DNA of 64,000 nt from Trypanosoma brucei (Eukaryota), in NCBI GenBank assembly GCA_000002445.1, contig CP000070.1, positions 320,001 through 384,000 on the forward strand, written 5' to 3'. Shown in pieces: positions 20,921 through 30,497 of this stretch. Under the pieces are notes generated by a model. It did no database searches, was not told the DNA's origin, and was given only the letters and a program-made list of their open reading frames with translations. Every line of letters starts with the position of its first letter. Position 1 is the first letter of the stretch. A program made the position numbers and the translations under genes.

Positions 20921-21050
20921 ATCTCTTTTTCACCTTTCGCTTATCATTTGCACGCCCTCTTCTTCATTCCGTTTTCACTCCCTCTCCTCTTGCCCCCGGG
21001 AGAATCCCCTCCGTTTTGTTGTTGTTTCCGTCTATACTTGCTCGGTCAAA
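20921..21050 (+). promoter_or_regulatory. Extended polypyrimidine region upstream of HSP10 copy 1 (candidate splice-acceptor / polyadenylation signal region)
   Basis: atctctttttcacctttcgcttatcatttgcacgccctcttcttcattccgttttcactccctctcctcttgcccccgggagaatcccctccgttttgttgttgtttccgtctatacttgctcggtc. Confidence 0.4.
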
Positions 21051-21385
21051 TAGGGAAACTAACAAGAAAGTGGCACTTATAGGGGTTGAGCTCCTCTTAT
21101 CAGGCTCCCTGATGGCAGCAGCGGTGATCAAAATTGTCACTTCTGTCTTTAGCATTTTGTTATTTTTATGCATTGCATATTGTTTTTCTTCTTGAAAGGT
21201 ATATATGTGTACATATGTTTGTATTATTATTGTTATTATCACTTATCGCATTCCCTTTTACTGTGTTCAAGGTTCTATACGCTACAAGTAAAGTTTTTTT
21301 TTCTCAAGGGCAGGGCAGCCACCAGATAAAGGAAGGGAAGTAATCTGCTTATTTGAATCGAACAACAAAAGCTATAAAAAGAGCA

Positions 21386-21787
21386 GCTAATTACAGGCAG
21401 TTCCGCTTACGACTAAGCAGATTTCATTCAGCAACTAAAGCAACACAGGTATGCTCCGCGTTTCCATTCCCGCACTCAAGACGCTGCAGCCTCTGGGCTC
21501 GCGTGTGCTGGTGAGACGCACTCTGGCAGCCAAGCAAACAAAGGCCGGTGTGCTCATCCCCGAGCAAGTTGCTGGTAAAGTCAACGAGGGTACCGTTGTC
21601 GCTGTGGCGGCTGCAACAAAGGACTGGACACCGAGTGTGAAGGTTAATGACACTGTGCTACTTCCTGAGTTTGGTGGAAGCAGTATTAAGCTGGAAGGAG
21701 AGGAACTGTTCCTCTACAACGAAGACTCGTTGCTTGGTGTTATCCAGAATTGAAGGGTGGACAGTAACCGCTAACGTGCATCACGTC
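21386..21787 (+). repeat. HSP10 duplication unit copy 1 (~402 bp: 65 nt 5' flank + CDS + ~35 nt 3')
   Basis: Identical to 23583..23984 (offset 2197 bp); identity starts at gctaattacaggcagttccgcttacgactaagc and ends after ...ctaacgtgcatcacgtc. Confidence 0.9.
21451..21753 (+). CDS. HSP10: 10 kDa heat shock protein / chaperonin Cpn10 (GroES homologue), mitochondrial, 100 aa, copy 1
   Basis: MLRVSIPALKTLQPLGSRVLVRRTLAAKQTKAGVLIPEQVAGKVNEGTVVAVAAAT...LPEFGGSSIKLEGEELFLYNEDSLLGVI: GroES fold with mobile-loop KTKAGVLIPE and GKV.EGTVVAVA roof region. Confidence 0.9.
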   Translation: MLRVSIPALKTLQPLGSRVLVRRTLAAKQTKAGVLIPEQVAGKVNEGTVVAVAAATKDWTPSVKVNDTVLLPEFGGSSIKLEGEELFLYNEDSLLGVIQN

Positions 21788-22228
21788 ATTCTCTGGTGGC
21801 ACTTTGTTCCCCTCTCGTGTCCTACACGCTCCGCTTCCAGCCTGGTCTGTTTCATTGCTGCGTAAAGGGTGAGAAGCCGTGATAGCGCGAGGAGTGGGGA
21901 ATGGAGTGCATGCCACACTTCTATTTCTATTTACACTTTTATTTTTTTTATTTTAATATTACATCATCGAATTTGTCGGACACCTTCCTTGATTTAGTTT
22001 GTGTGAACCACCGTAGTTGCTTTTTTTTTAAAAAAAAAGAAGGCAACCCTGCCATCCACAATTGCAGTCGCACATATTTTCACTACCATTCTTTTTTATT
22101 CCTTCCCACGGGGGTGGAGTGTGCTAAGTTGTGTGTGTAACATTTAAAATAGCACCGCGCATTCGTACACGGGAAACCTCAAAGGGTCCGTAAAGCAAAA
22201 GAAGAGGAAAAGAAAGAATCACGCGGGC

Positions 22229-23296
22229 ATGTTTTGTGACGCTGAAGATGGGGCTGCCATAGTTTCTCATATTCCAATAAGTCCTTTTGTCCCAATACAA
22301 CACAATAATATTGATGTCTCCGCTGTGAATCGCCTTGCAAACTTCGCCATTCGCTTCGCCAGGGAACACGGCTGGTGTTCCAGTCACCCTTTCAAGATGA
22401 GCTCGGGCCCCAAAATTGGAGAGAATAAAGGCGAGAGCAATGAACTTGATGATATCACTGTTTTCTATGCGGGTGTGGAGGTTGAGCTTGCCGAAGAAAC
22501 CCCGAAGTTCAAAAGAGAGGGCACTCCTGCGTCTCTCTTTCTCTATGCACAGTTATGGCTCTCACATGTAGGTGTGAGCAGCAATGGCCTGTGTGGCAAA
22601 CTCTTTAGCTTCAAGAAGGATGAGGAGGATTGCAGGGAGTTTCTGGGTTCGTTCAAGCTCACAGGCGTTACCGTGTCAAGAACGACTCGTAAACCCACGC
22701 CTATTCCCGCGCCGCGACTCGAAATGATGCGTTCTTTGATCGCAAAAAACACAGCGGCATCGGAGCTGCCCAGGGTTGAGCGTATTAACTTCTCACAGCT
22801 CAACGAGCGGTGCCGTTTCGCTTCTGTCCGCTCCCACGAGGAATTTGCGTGTGCACTTCCATCGCACCCGGCCGTGGCTCCGCTGAAAGTTGGGTACCGC
22901 CGTGAGTTTCACCTGAGAGAAACCGATTTCGATTTTAACAGGCACGTAAACCAGGTTGTAACCATCACAATGGTCATCAACACCTTTCGAGCTGCTTTGG
23001 GTGACAACACAACCATTTTCCCGCGCTTGTTAGATACCGATGTCCACCCTCTGGATGGCGATTTGCTCATCCGAAGGCTACGCATTGACTACGTTCGGGA
23101 GGTACCTGCTGACCACGCCGCCATGGCAGTAATGTTATTCTTTCAAGATGATGTCTCAATGGATAATGTCATTGCGTCTTCCACAAATTCGAGAAAAAAA
23201 TCCCTTACTGAACTTTGGTTTATTGTGCAGGGAATCCCGGCCGCTGAGACCAATCCATTTGTCTCCGCGGTTGGTAAGGTGCTTTTGCGGTGCTGA
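22229..23296 (+). CDS. Hypothetical protein with acyl-ACP-thioesterase-like (hotdog) signature, 355 aa, between the two HSP10 copies
   Basis: ATG start; C-terminal half contains ETDFDFNRHVNQVVTITMVINTFRAA, matching the D-x-N-x-HVN-x catalytic-region motif of FatA/FatB-type acyl-ACP thioesterases (PF01643, from memory); no other family recognised. Confidence 0.4.
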   Translation: MFCDAEDGAAIVSHIPISPFVPIQHNNIDVSAVNRLANFAIRFAREHGWCSSHPFKMSSGPKIGENKGESNELDDITVFYAGVEVELAEETPKFKREGTPASLFLYAQLWLSHVGVSSNGLCGKLFSFKKDEEDCREFLGSFKLTGVTVSRTTRKPTPIPAPRLEMMRSLIAKNTAASELPRVERINFSQLNERCRFASVRSHEEFACALPSHPAVAPLKVGYRREFHLRETDFDFNRHVNQVVTITMVINTFRAALGDNTTIFPRLLDTDVHPLDGDLLIRRLRIDYVREVPADHAAMAVMLFFQDDVSMDNVIASSTNSRKKSLTELWFIVQGIPAAETNPFVSAVGKVLLRC

Positions 23297-23582
23297 CGAG
23301 ATATACCCCGGTGAAACACCTTAAATGTGTTCCCCGTTTAAGGACTTCGACGCCCATGCTAAGGGGAGATAAGTTTATTAAAATGAAACATCGTTGAAAC
23401 ACAGGGGGGAAACAAGGCAAAAATTGGAAAGAAAATATACTTTGTGAAGTTCACACCCACGTGCTCTGTTGGTCGAACTGGACCCAAACCGTAATTGCAC
23501 TCTGCCTTTCCCCACCTTTGCATGCCCGAATTAATGTACATTTCTCGCTTTCCTTTCTTTACAAGTAACCAGTGACCCAGAA

Positions 23583-23984
23583 GCTAATTACAGGCAGTTC
23601 CGCTTACGACTAAGCAGATTTCATTCAGCAACTAAAGCAACACAGGTATGCTCCGCGTTTCCATTCCCGCACTCAAGACGCTGCAGCCTCTGGGCTCGCG
23701 TGTGCTGGTGAGACGCACTCTGGCAGCCAAGCAAACAAAGGCCGGTGTGCTCATCCCCGAGCAAGTTGCTGGTAAAGTCAACGAGGGTACCGTTGTCGCT
23801 GTGGCGGCTGCAACAAAGGACTGGACACCGAGTGTGAAGGTTAATGACACTGTGCTACTTCCTGAGTTTGGTGGAAGCAGTATTAAGCTGGAAGGAGAGG
23901 AACTGTTCCTCTACAACGAAGACTCGTTGCTTGGTGTTATCCAGAATTGAAGGGTGGACAGTAACCGCTAACGTGCATCACGTC
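23583..23984 (+). repeat. HSP10 duplication unit copy 2
   Basis: See copy 1; downstream flank diverges (ccacatatgggatgcgagacc... vs attctctggtggcactttgttcc...). Confidence 0.9.
23648..23950 (+). CDS. HSP10: 10 kDa heat shock protein / Cpn10, copy 2 (identical protein)
   Basis: 100/100 aa identical to 21451..21753. Confidence 0.9.
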   Translation: MLRVSIPALKTLQPLGSRVLVRRTLAAKQTKAGVLIPEQVAGKVNEGTVVAVAAATKDWTPSVKVNDTVLLPEFGGSSIKLEGEELFLYNEDSLLGVIQN

Positions 23985-24481
23985 CCACATATGGGATGCG
24001 AGACCCGCTATTTCCATTATCTATTTTCTTATTATCACTATCACTATTGTTATTTTTAATTACTGTTCGGACAAGTGAAACGATTTTCTCCACTTCCTGT
24101 GTTCGCCCATCGGTATGCATCGGATTTTGGGACACTAACATTCATCGCATTGCGCGCGCTTGACGCCCCCGGCACCGGGGCAGTTGTATCAGTTCACTTT
24201 TTCCTAAATTTTGGTCACTACGTTTCCCTTTTTAAAAAAAAATTATTCTTTCCCCGGCAATCCCGTTTCGCCACTATTACGCCTCGCATTGGGATGCACA
24301 GTGGCAAAGGTTGTCCCACGGGCGGTCAACTAGTGTGGGATACGTTCCCATAATTACACATTTGTGGTAGGTAAAAGCACGTTCGGTATTTTCAGTGTTG
24401 CACAGGAGGCCCTAGTGCAGTTCTGCAACGGCGTTGCTGTGACTTCTCTTGACTCGTTTGTTGCATGTGCCCGCGGTGGAG

Positions 24482-25534
24482 ATGTTTCGCTATCGTTGCC
24501 GCAACGCTAAAAACCTGTTGCTGATGCGCAACATACGCCGTTGGTACACAAGTGCGGGCAACGATGAGAGTCTACCATCCGCGCAAGGACCACCGTTGGC
24601 AGGCGTTTCATCACCAACGCTGTGGAGGAACGGTGGTGTGCTGGGCGAGGGCATGTTGGGAAACCCACGTGTGGCAGCAACAACACCGCAGGAGGTGGAG
24701 GAAACGTTTCGCTGCTCCGTCCTTGCCCGTACGGTTAGCAACTTGAAATTGCGGCGTTACCTCCAGAAATTGGAACCAAAGGATCACACATTAGTCCTTG
24801 CGGCTCTTCGTGGAGCTCAAGCTGGTGGGCTTCGATTGGATACGAAAACTAACGAAGTGGCCCTCTCTAAGCTGATGGATGGAGGCCAACTGCAGGCAAG
24901 TATGGAGATTTATCGGAAGATGATTCAGAATCGTATGAATCCAACAGCAAACACATATGCCACGCTTATGCACATGTGCATCGAGCGGGATATGCCGGAG
25001 GCGTGCCAGAAACTTTTTGAGGAGATGGTCAAGCGTGGCCAGTCACCCAACACACGGAACTACGAAATGTATATTGGGTCGCTCGCAATGGAAAATCCGC
25101 CCAAATGGAAAAATGCTATTGAGGTGTTTGACCGCATGTCACGGGAGCGTCACGGCAAACACCTGACGGCAGCAACATACGAGTCCCTTATGCGCGTCTA
25201 CCTGAATATGACGCCATTTGACTGGCGGGTGGTTTACAACTGCTACTATGAGATGCGCTCTCGCCAACCCCAAATTCAGCTACGGTGGGAGACCTATCAC
25301 TTGGTGGCGGAAGCACTGCGCCGTGGTCAAGCAGGGTACACGCGGCGCCTCATCACGTACTTGGATGCGTGGTTTTGTATAACGTACTTTCGCTCCTGGG
25401 AGTTTTTCATGGGCTTCATGTTTTACATCTGCCTGATGTTTCTTATTAAGGGTCTTATTAGTTGGGTGGTTGTCTGGTACTACGGGCGCGCCGTTAACGC
25501 AAGCAGGGGTGCGTCGGAGTCTGTCATCTTATAG
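24482..25534 (+). CDS. Pentatricopeptide-repeat (PPR)-like protein, probable mitochondrial; track start 24449 is TTG, first ATG 24482 (MFRYRCRNAKNLLLMRNIRRWY)
   Basis: R-rich amphipathic N-terminus; degenerate ~35-aa helical repeats with PPR character (MEIYRKMIQNRMNPTANTYATLMHMCIERDMPEACQKLFEEMVKRGQSPNTRNYEMYIGSL..., AIEVFDRMSRERHGKHLTAATYESLMRVYL). Confidence 0.55.
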   Translation: MFRYRCRNAKNLLLMRNIRRWYTSAGNDESLPSAQGPPLAGVSSPTLWRNGGVLGEGMLGNPRVAATTPQEVEETFRCSVLARTVSNLKLRRYLQKLEPKDHTLVLAALRGAQAGGLRLDTKTNEVALSKLMDGGQLQASMEIYRKMIQNRMNPTANTYATLMHMCIERDMPEACQKLFEEMVKRGQSPNTRNYEMYIGSLAMENPPKWKNAIEVFDRMSRERHGKHLTAATYESLMRVYLNMTPFDWRVVYNCYYEMRSRQPQIQLRWETYHLVAEALRRGQAGYTRRLITYLDAWFCITYFRSWEFFMGFMFYICLMFLIKGLISWVVVWYYGRAVNASRGASESVIL

Positions 25535-25780
25535 GGGCGCCCGTAGCACCATACAAAGAGGAACGAGAGCGTAATACCGATGCAAAGCGCCTTTGCGGCA
25601 CTGGGAAGAAAACAAGGTGATCACGGGCAGCTTGGATGGCCGTATTGAAGGAGGGGAGAGGTGAGGAATGCCCTTCGTCTCGTTGTACGGATAAGTGACG
25701 TAGTGCCACAGAGCAACCGATTCAATTTTCACGTGCGGGGGCGGACCAGCTTCCGCTCTTGCGTGGTGGTGTCCAAAACA

Positions 25781-25866
25781 CTTTGTCTTGTCATTCCTGC
25801 GCCCCCCCCCCCCCCCCACACACACCCATTTATCCTTTGCGGGTCCCCCTTTTTCTCCCACGGTAG
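25781..25866 (+). promoter_or_regulatory. Poly(C)/polypyrimidine tract + AG upstream of coiled-coil gene
   Basis: ctttgtcttgtcattcctgcgc(c)15acacacacccatttatcctttgcgggtccccctttttctcccacggtAG. Confidence 0.45.
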
Positions 25867-25939
25867 ACGGGCGAGCGATACCAGTTTAGCCTATTTAACG
25901 TTATTTTTCCCGATAGGACCACCCGCCCCTTCTCGCTTA

Positions 25940-27040
25940 ATGCCTGAGCAGTTGGGCGCGGAGGCACCGCAGCACGTTGTCCCAGAGGGGGACCAGAGCG
26001 CAGGATCTGAAGCCGGGAATGTCACGAGGGGAACCAAAAACCACGATGACAGCGATCCTTTTGTCTCACTCCGGCACATGGAAGACCGGAAGCAACTCGA
26101 GACACAGGCGCGCGCTGTCGTAACGGCGTTACTTGCAGAGAAAGGCGAGGTGTACGTGCAAGGACTTCTTCAAGCAGAAATACAGCGGGTGAAGAAAAAG
26201 GAATCGGAAGCGGCGGCGATAAAAAAGAAGATTTCAGCAGCCACCAAATTGGCGGGAGAGCTGAAGGGGGATATCCGGCGGGAGACTGAGGCAAAGGCAG
26301 AAGAGGAGCATATGTGCAAAAACCTCCAAGCGGAGATGAAACGACGAAGCACACTCACAGAGGAAGCTACCAGAAGGATGGAAAGCCGCCGGCTCACCCT
26401 CAAGAAAGATGTGGAAACCAGCGTCCGGGACGTGCGGGAGAAGTATGACGATCGCAAGCGGCAGGCGATGGAATTAGTAGAGGAGAACAAGCGCCTTACT
26501 GATGAAGTGGCCAAGATGAGGAAAGAGTTCGACGAGGCTCGCGCAACATACGCTGACACCTGCAAGGAACGCGAAACCTATGTGGAATCTCTGATACGTT
26601 CCTACCGTGAGGTGACGAGGGAGGTGGAAACGCTGGAGGCTAAGATAGCCCTTGTGCGCCGCGAGCGGCAGGCATCAGAGCAGCGAAAAGCCTCTCTGGA
26701 AAAGCAGTTGGAGTCGTACAACTCACAATTTGGCTCCTTGTCAGAGGGACAATCCGTTGAGGATGCGGAAAGGATGGCTAAGGAGCAGCGTGAGGAGGCG
26801 GAGGCGAGAATAGCTCAATTAGAAAGTGAAAAGAAAGAGGCCAGTGAGATTCGACTCAGACTTGACAAGGAGACTGCGACGTGGCGTGCAGCACTAGCGG
26901 CTCATAAGCGTGAGCTTCCGAGGTTGGAGAAAGCCAAGCTGGCAGCAGAAAAGAGATGCAGACAAGCACAGGAGAGGGCAAGGCAACAGCTGAAGGAGGA
27001 TGCCACAACAACAAAAGACCAAGAGGATGGCGGCATGTAG
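25940..27040 (+). CDS. Coiled-coil protein (366 aa); track start 25661 is GTG, first ATG 25940 (MPEQLGAEAPQ...)
   Basis: Continuous heptad-rich charged sequence (EIQRVKKKESEAAAIKKKISAATKLAGELKGDIRRETEAKAEEEHMCKNLQAEMKRR... LEAKIALVRRERQASEQRKASLEKQLESYNSQ... QLESEKKEASEIRLRLDKETATWRAALAAHKRELPRLEKAKLAAEKR). Confidence 0.55.
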   Translation: MPEQLGAEAPQHVVPEGDQSAGSEAGNVTRGTKNHDDSDPFVSLRHMEDRKQLETQARAVVTALLAEKGEVYVQGLLQAEIQRVKKKESEAAAIKKKISAATKLAGELKGDIRRETEAKAEEEHMCKNLQAEMKRRSTLTEEATRRMESRRLTLKKDVETSVRDVREKYDDRKRQAMELVEENKRLTDEVAKMRKEFDEARATYADTCKERETYVESLIRSYREVTREVETLEAKIALVRRERQASEQRKASLEKQLESYNSQFGSLSEGQSVEDAERMAKEQREEAEARIAQLESEKKEASEIRLRLDKETATWRAALAAHKRELPRLEKAKLAAEKRCRQAQERARQQLKEDATTTKDQEDGGM

Positions 27041-30000
27041 AAAACAGCCTCGCTGTACTATTGAGTGGCAACCTTTTCCGCTCTTTCCATCTGCTTTCCC
27101 AGGAAACGCGCGGCTGCATGTGTCGACTTCCTCTTGTATTGTGTCTGTCATACTGTTCTTCCCGCCCTACGGCGTGCAAGCACGTAGGGTTTCCTTACCC
27201 ATCTACTGTTGTGCTAGACTTCGCTTTCCCGATTCTCCTCTCTCCGAATACTCTCTTATTTCTTTTTTTTTTCTGCAGTGAAGGGGAGGTAAGAAACGGG
27301 AAGAAAAAGGTGTAGCTCGGATGTGGGAGTTGCGGTGCCGTGACCCCTCCGCCGCAACACGTATATGACTCCTTACGAAGCAGTCGGCATGGTTTATTCC
27401 TTTTTTTTTTTTGCCAACCGATGGTAGAGAATGGTGATAATAGGAGCTTAGAAGGACAGTGTCCAGCTTTATGCACCCTACTCCATTATATTCAGCATTC
27501 CACATGGCAGACCTTTGAGCACCCGTGCCACGCATCCCTTCAACTGGGGAAGAATCGAAACATTAAACCGCTGCCGCCTTGTTTCCCTCACCGACCCTTC
27601 TCCTCCAGTGCGCAGTTAGTGGTGCATCGGCGTGTTCGCTCAAGGTGGCTCCTAGTCGTTATTCCCACTCAGTCAGTTGGGCCGAGAAGTCTGTCGTTTC
27701 CTGTAGGAAAATATGCCATGAAGGCCCTGGCGATGCCGGCCACCTCAACGTGGTGCCAGGGTCCAGTTCCCCGTATCATCGGGGGAAGCCAAGAGCCAGC
27801 AGAGTTCCTTTCATGGGGAACACTGCTGTGCTCCGGCTAAGGCATCATACAGCACAGGGATCAGCAGCGTCTTGCTGGGACACCGTTTTTCATTTGTCGG
27901 TCCCTGGGAAAAAAAAAATGCCATGAAGGGGTCGGCCTCGCTTACCAGTGACGGGGCGTCGTATCAATCTTTGAAGTCCACGGGAAAAGCGTTATCCAAC
28001 GCTGCCGCCGTCCAAATTATAGCTGGGACTGAGGGACGATATATCTCGCTTCCGCTCCATCAGCTGTCGCCCCTTGCGGTCCATTACGGCTACGTATTTC
28101 GCCTCCCTACTGAAGAAACGCCTCCTCAAGCCTGCTCCAACCCCTTCTGTTTCCTCCGGCTCCTTGTAATATCTATCACCTCCCCCCCCCACACACACGC
28201 ACCCACCGCCGTTCCCGCTGAATAACTTTCCTCTCGCTTCTATTAACATGGCGCGTGCAGACGCTTCAAATAGGGAGCCTTTGACTATGGGAACGCTCGT
28301 CGCTGGTATCCTCAACCCATTTTTTCCCGACGCTTTTTGCGTACGTATCCGATGGCGTCTGCGGCCGCCGCCATTTCGCACGTGGGCAACTCTCTTTTAC
28401 GCCTAAGCAATGGTGGATGGCGGACCCTTCATGGATGCTGATTTCGGTAATGCTCAGCTATTCTCCGTGACAGATGGCTCGGGGGTATCACCTCTATTTA
28501 CGCTCCTAGAAACTATTTTCGTCGGTAATGCCTTCCTCAGATCTGTGAAGGTCGTCCTGTCCGTCGGACTGCAAAACCAATTCGTTTTGTCTGCGGGTGC
28601 CAGCCGTTCTGTTGTCAAGATTTTGACGGTGATTCCGCGACGTTTTCCCTTTGGATTGTTTTTGGCGCCATCTAACCCACTACAGATGTAATGGCATCGT
28701 TGGTGTTTTCGACTGCCATCGACACGTATCTTTACCTATTTGCGGAGCTCAGGTGCGCAATGTTTTGGTGAATTCGGACATTCCACAATTCTTTTCATAT
28801 CCCTTTATAATGCTACATTGAGCAATATCCAACTACAATATCTTCTAAAGTTTCGTATCATTTTCCAAGATGTTACATCGCTGTGCGTAGAACTGGTAAC
28901 TTCTTTTGAAAGCAGTGCGCCTCTGAATGATGTATATCAAGTTGGAACTTCATTGTTGGTAACTGTTAAACTCTTTTCCATCTATCAATCCAATATCAGC
29001 GTCATCACCCTTCTCTTCTGGAATGCGGGTGTCTCAACCAACGTAATGTTGTCTTACGTCGGCCCCAACGGCTACTGAGTCTTGATCCTCGCTCAGTCGC
29101 TACAACGTTCCAGGGGTTGCGTCGGAGTTTCCGGGAGAAATGAGTAGAGGTTGGGGGGGGGGGGGCTATTCGCCATTTTTAAACAGTGGTGTAGCGGCCG
29201 CACTATCCGCAACTCCATTTATCTTTAGACGCCTGGCCACGCCTATCTTGCTCCAAATGATTATTTTGCATGATGCCGCTCTTGGAGGGACGCACCGTTC
29301 CAATGCGTCGGTTTTTTCATACGTGTGTGTGTGCTCGATCTCTCTGGGGTGTGAGTTTGTTTTCCCGTTTCACGATGCACCAGCCGATCCGGCATTCGGG
29401 AGGTCGCCCGATCACGACATGTTCGCGCAGCTGGGAGAAGCCAAGATCGATTCAGTCCCTTCCGCGTAAAAGTGGGTTTAGGTCCCGTACGGCATTCCCC
29501 TTTGGCTTAAGCATCAATTTTGTGGTGTCCGGCGAGGCGCCCCTACGTGTTCCACGGGGTGAAGCTGCTTTGTCGCGCTAGAAGTCCCATGACACCGCCA
29601 GGCGACCGAGCTCCGTCAGCTGCCAAAACTTCCGTGCTGCCTGATGTTCGAAGGGTAGAATGCGCGAGCCACCTGGCTTTGATCTCCTTTCCCTGCGGCG
29701 AACCGGATCCCTGCGCAACGATGGACTGAGCGGTACCATCGCATGGGTTGGGTGGGGGGTCCTCGTATATATACGTATGTGCATATGTTGTGGCCGCGGG
29801 GGTGTTCTCCTTATCGTCCGTGTCGGCTGCGGTATCCCTGGGTTAGTTCTTCTATGTGCCACGGTTCCCTCTCCCCTAGGGGCATTCCTGGCGTCTATTG
29901 GGGATGGGGCGTTTGTTGGTGTTGAGGGGCTTCTGCGGGGTCATTGGATAATGTCTGAAAGGTATGGTTGTTTCAGGTTCGCGCTCAGGGGGTACGGATG

Positions 30001-30497
30001 GTGCGCGTATGCGGATTACCTTTGTGTGTGCTTGTGCTTCCACTCTGCTCTGCTGCTTAGAACTGGTAGTTGTCAACAAGGGTAGATTTTGTTGCGTCTG
30101 TTCCATCGTAAGCTAGTAGCTGTTTTCCCGCCCCTTGCTAGTTGCTTCATGATAATACAGGGTTGTGGTCATTCTTCTACGTAACAGCGAGCGCTCCGTA
30201 AGCGGGATCGAATATATTTCCCGCTGTTATTTGTTACCGATTTTCAGGGTGTGCCACTTCGGTTCTGCAAGTGGGATGAACTCACGTCAGCGTCCTGTAT
30301 CTTGCAAGCGGCAGGAGACGTGTGGGTGAGCAGAACCTAAACGAGTAAACTTGATTTTGAGGGATGATAGGAAAGATTTTCACGTGGAAACCGTCCCATG
30401 AAATTGATGTGAGCTGCTTTTTATTATATTTCTTGAACTTTGGTGACATCTATCCACTTTATTCTCAATCATGTGTTTCATATCTACATAGGATAAG
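27041..30497 (+). other. 3.4 kb GC-rich non-ORF interval containing a chain of overlapping short + strand ORFs in shifting frames; candidate frameshifted pseudogene / degenerate element
   Basis: No ORF >170 codons on either strand although neighbouring intergenic spacers are 0.3-1.5 kb and AT/pyrimidine-rich; consecutive + ORFs 27340-27840, 27579-27926, 27872-28225, 28410-28691, 28740-29078, 29140-29469, 29270-29581, 29520-29729, 29660-30085 tile the interval. Confidence 0.3.

Noticed and set aside
28248-28406. 52-codon ATG ORF (MARADASNREPLTMGTLVAGILNPFFPDAF...)
   Set aside because: Too short and unsupported on its own. It is retained only as part of the possible frameshifted-pseudogene interval reported in findings.
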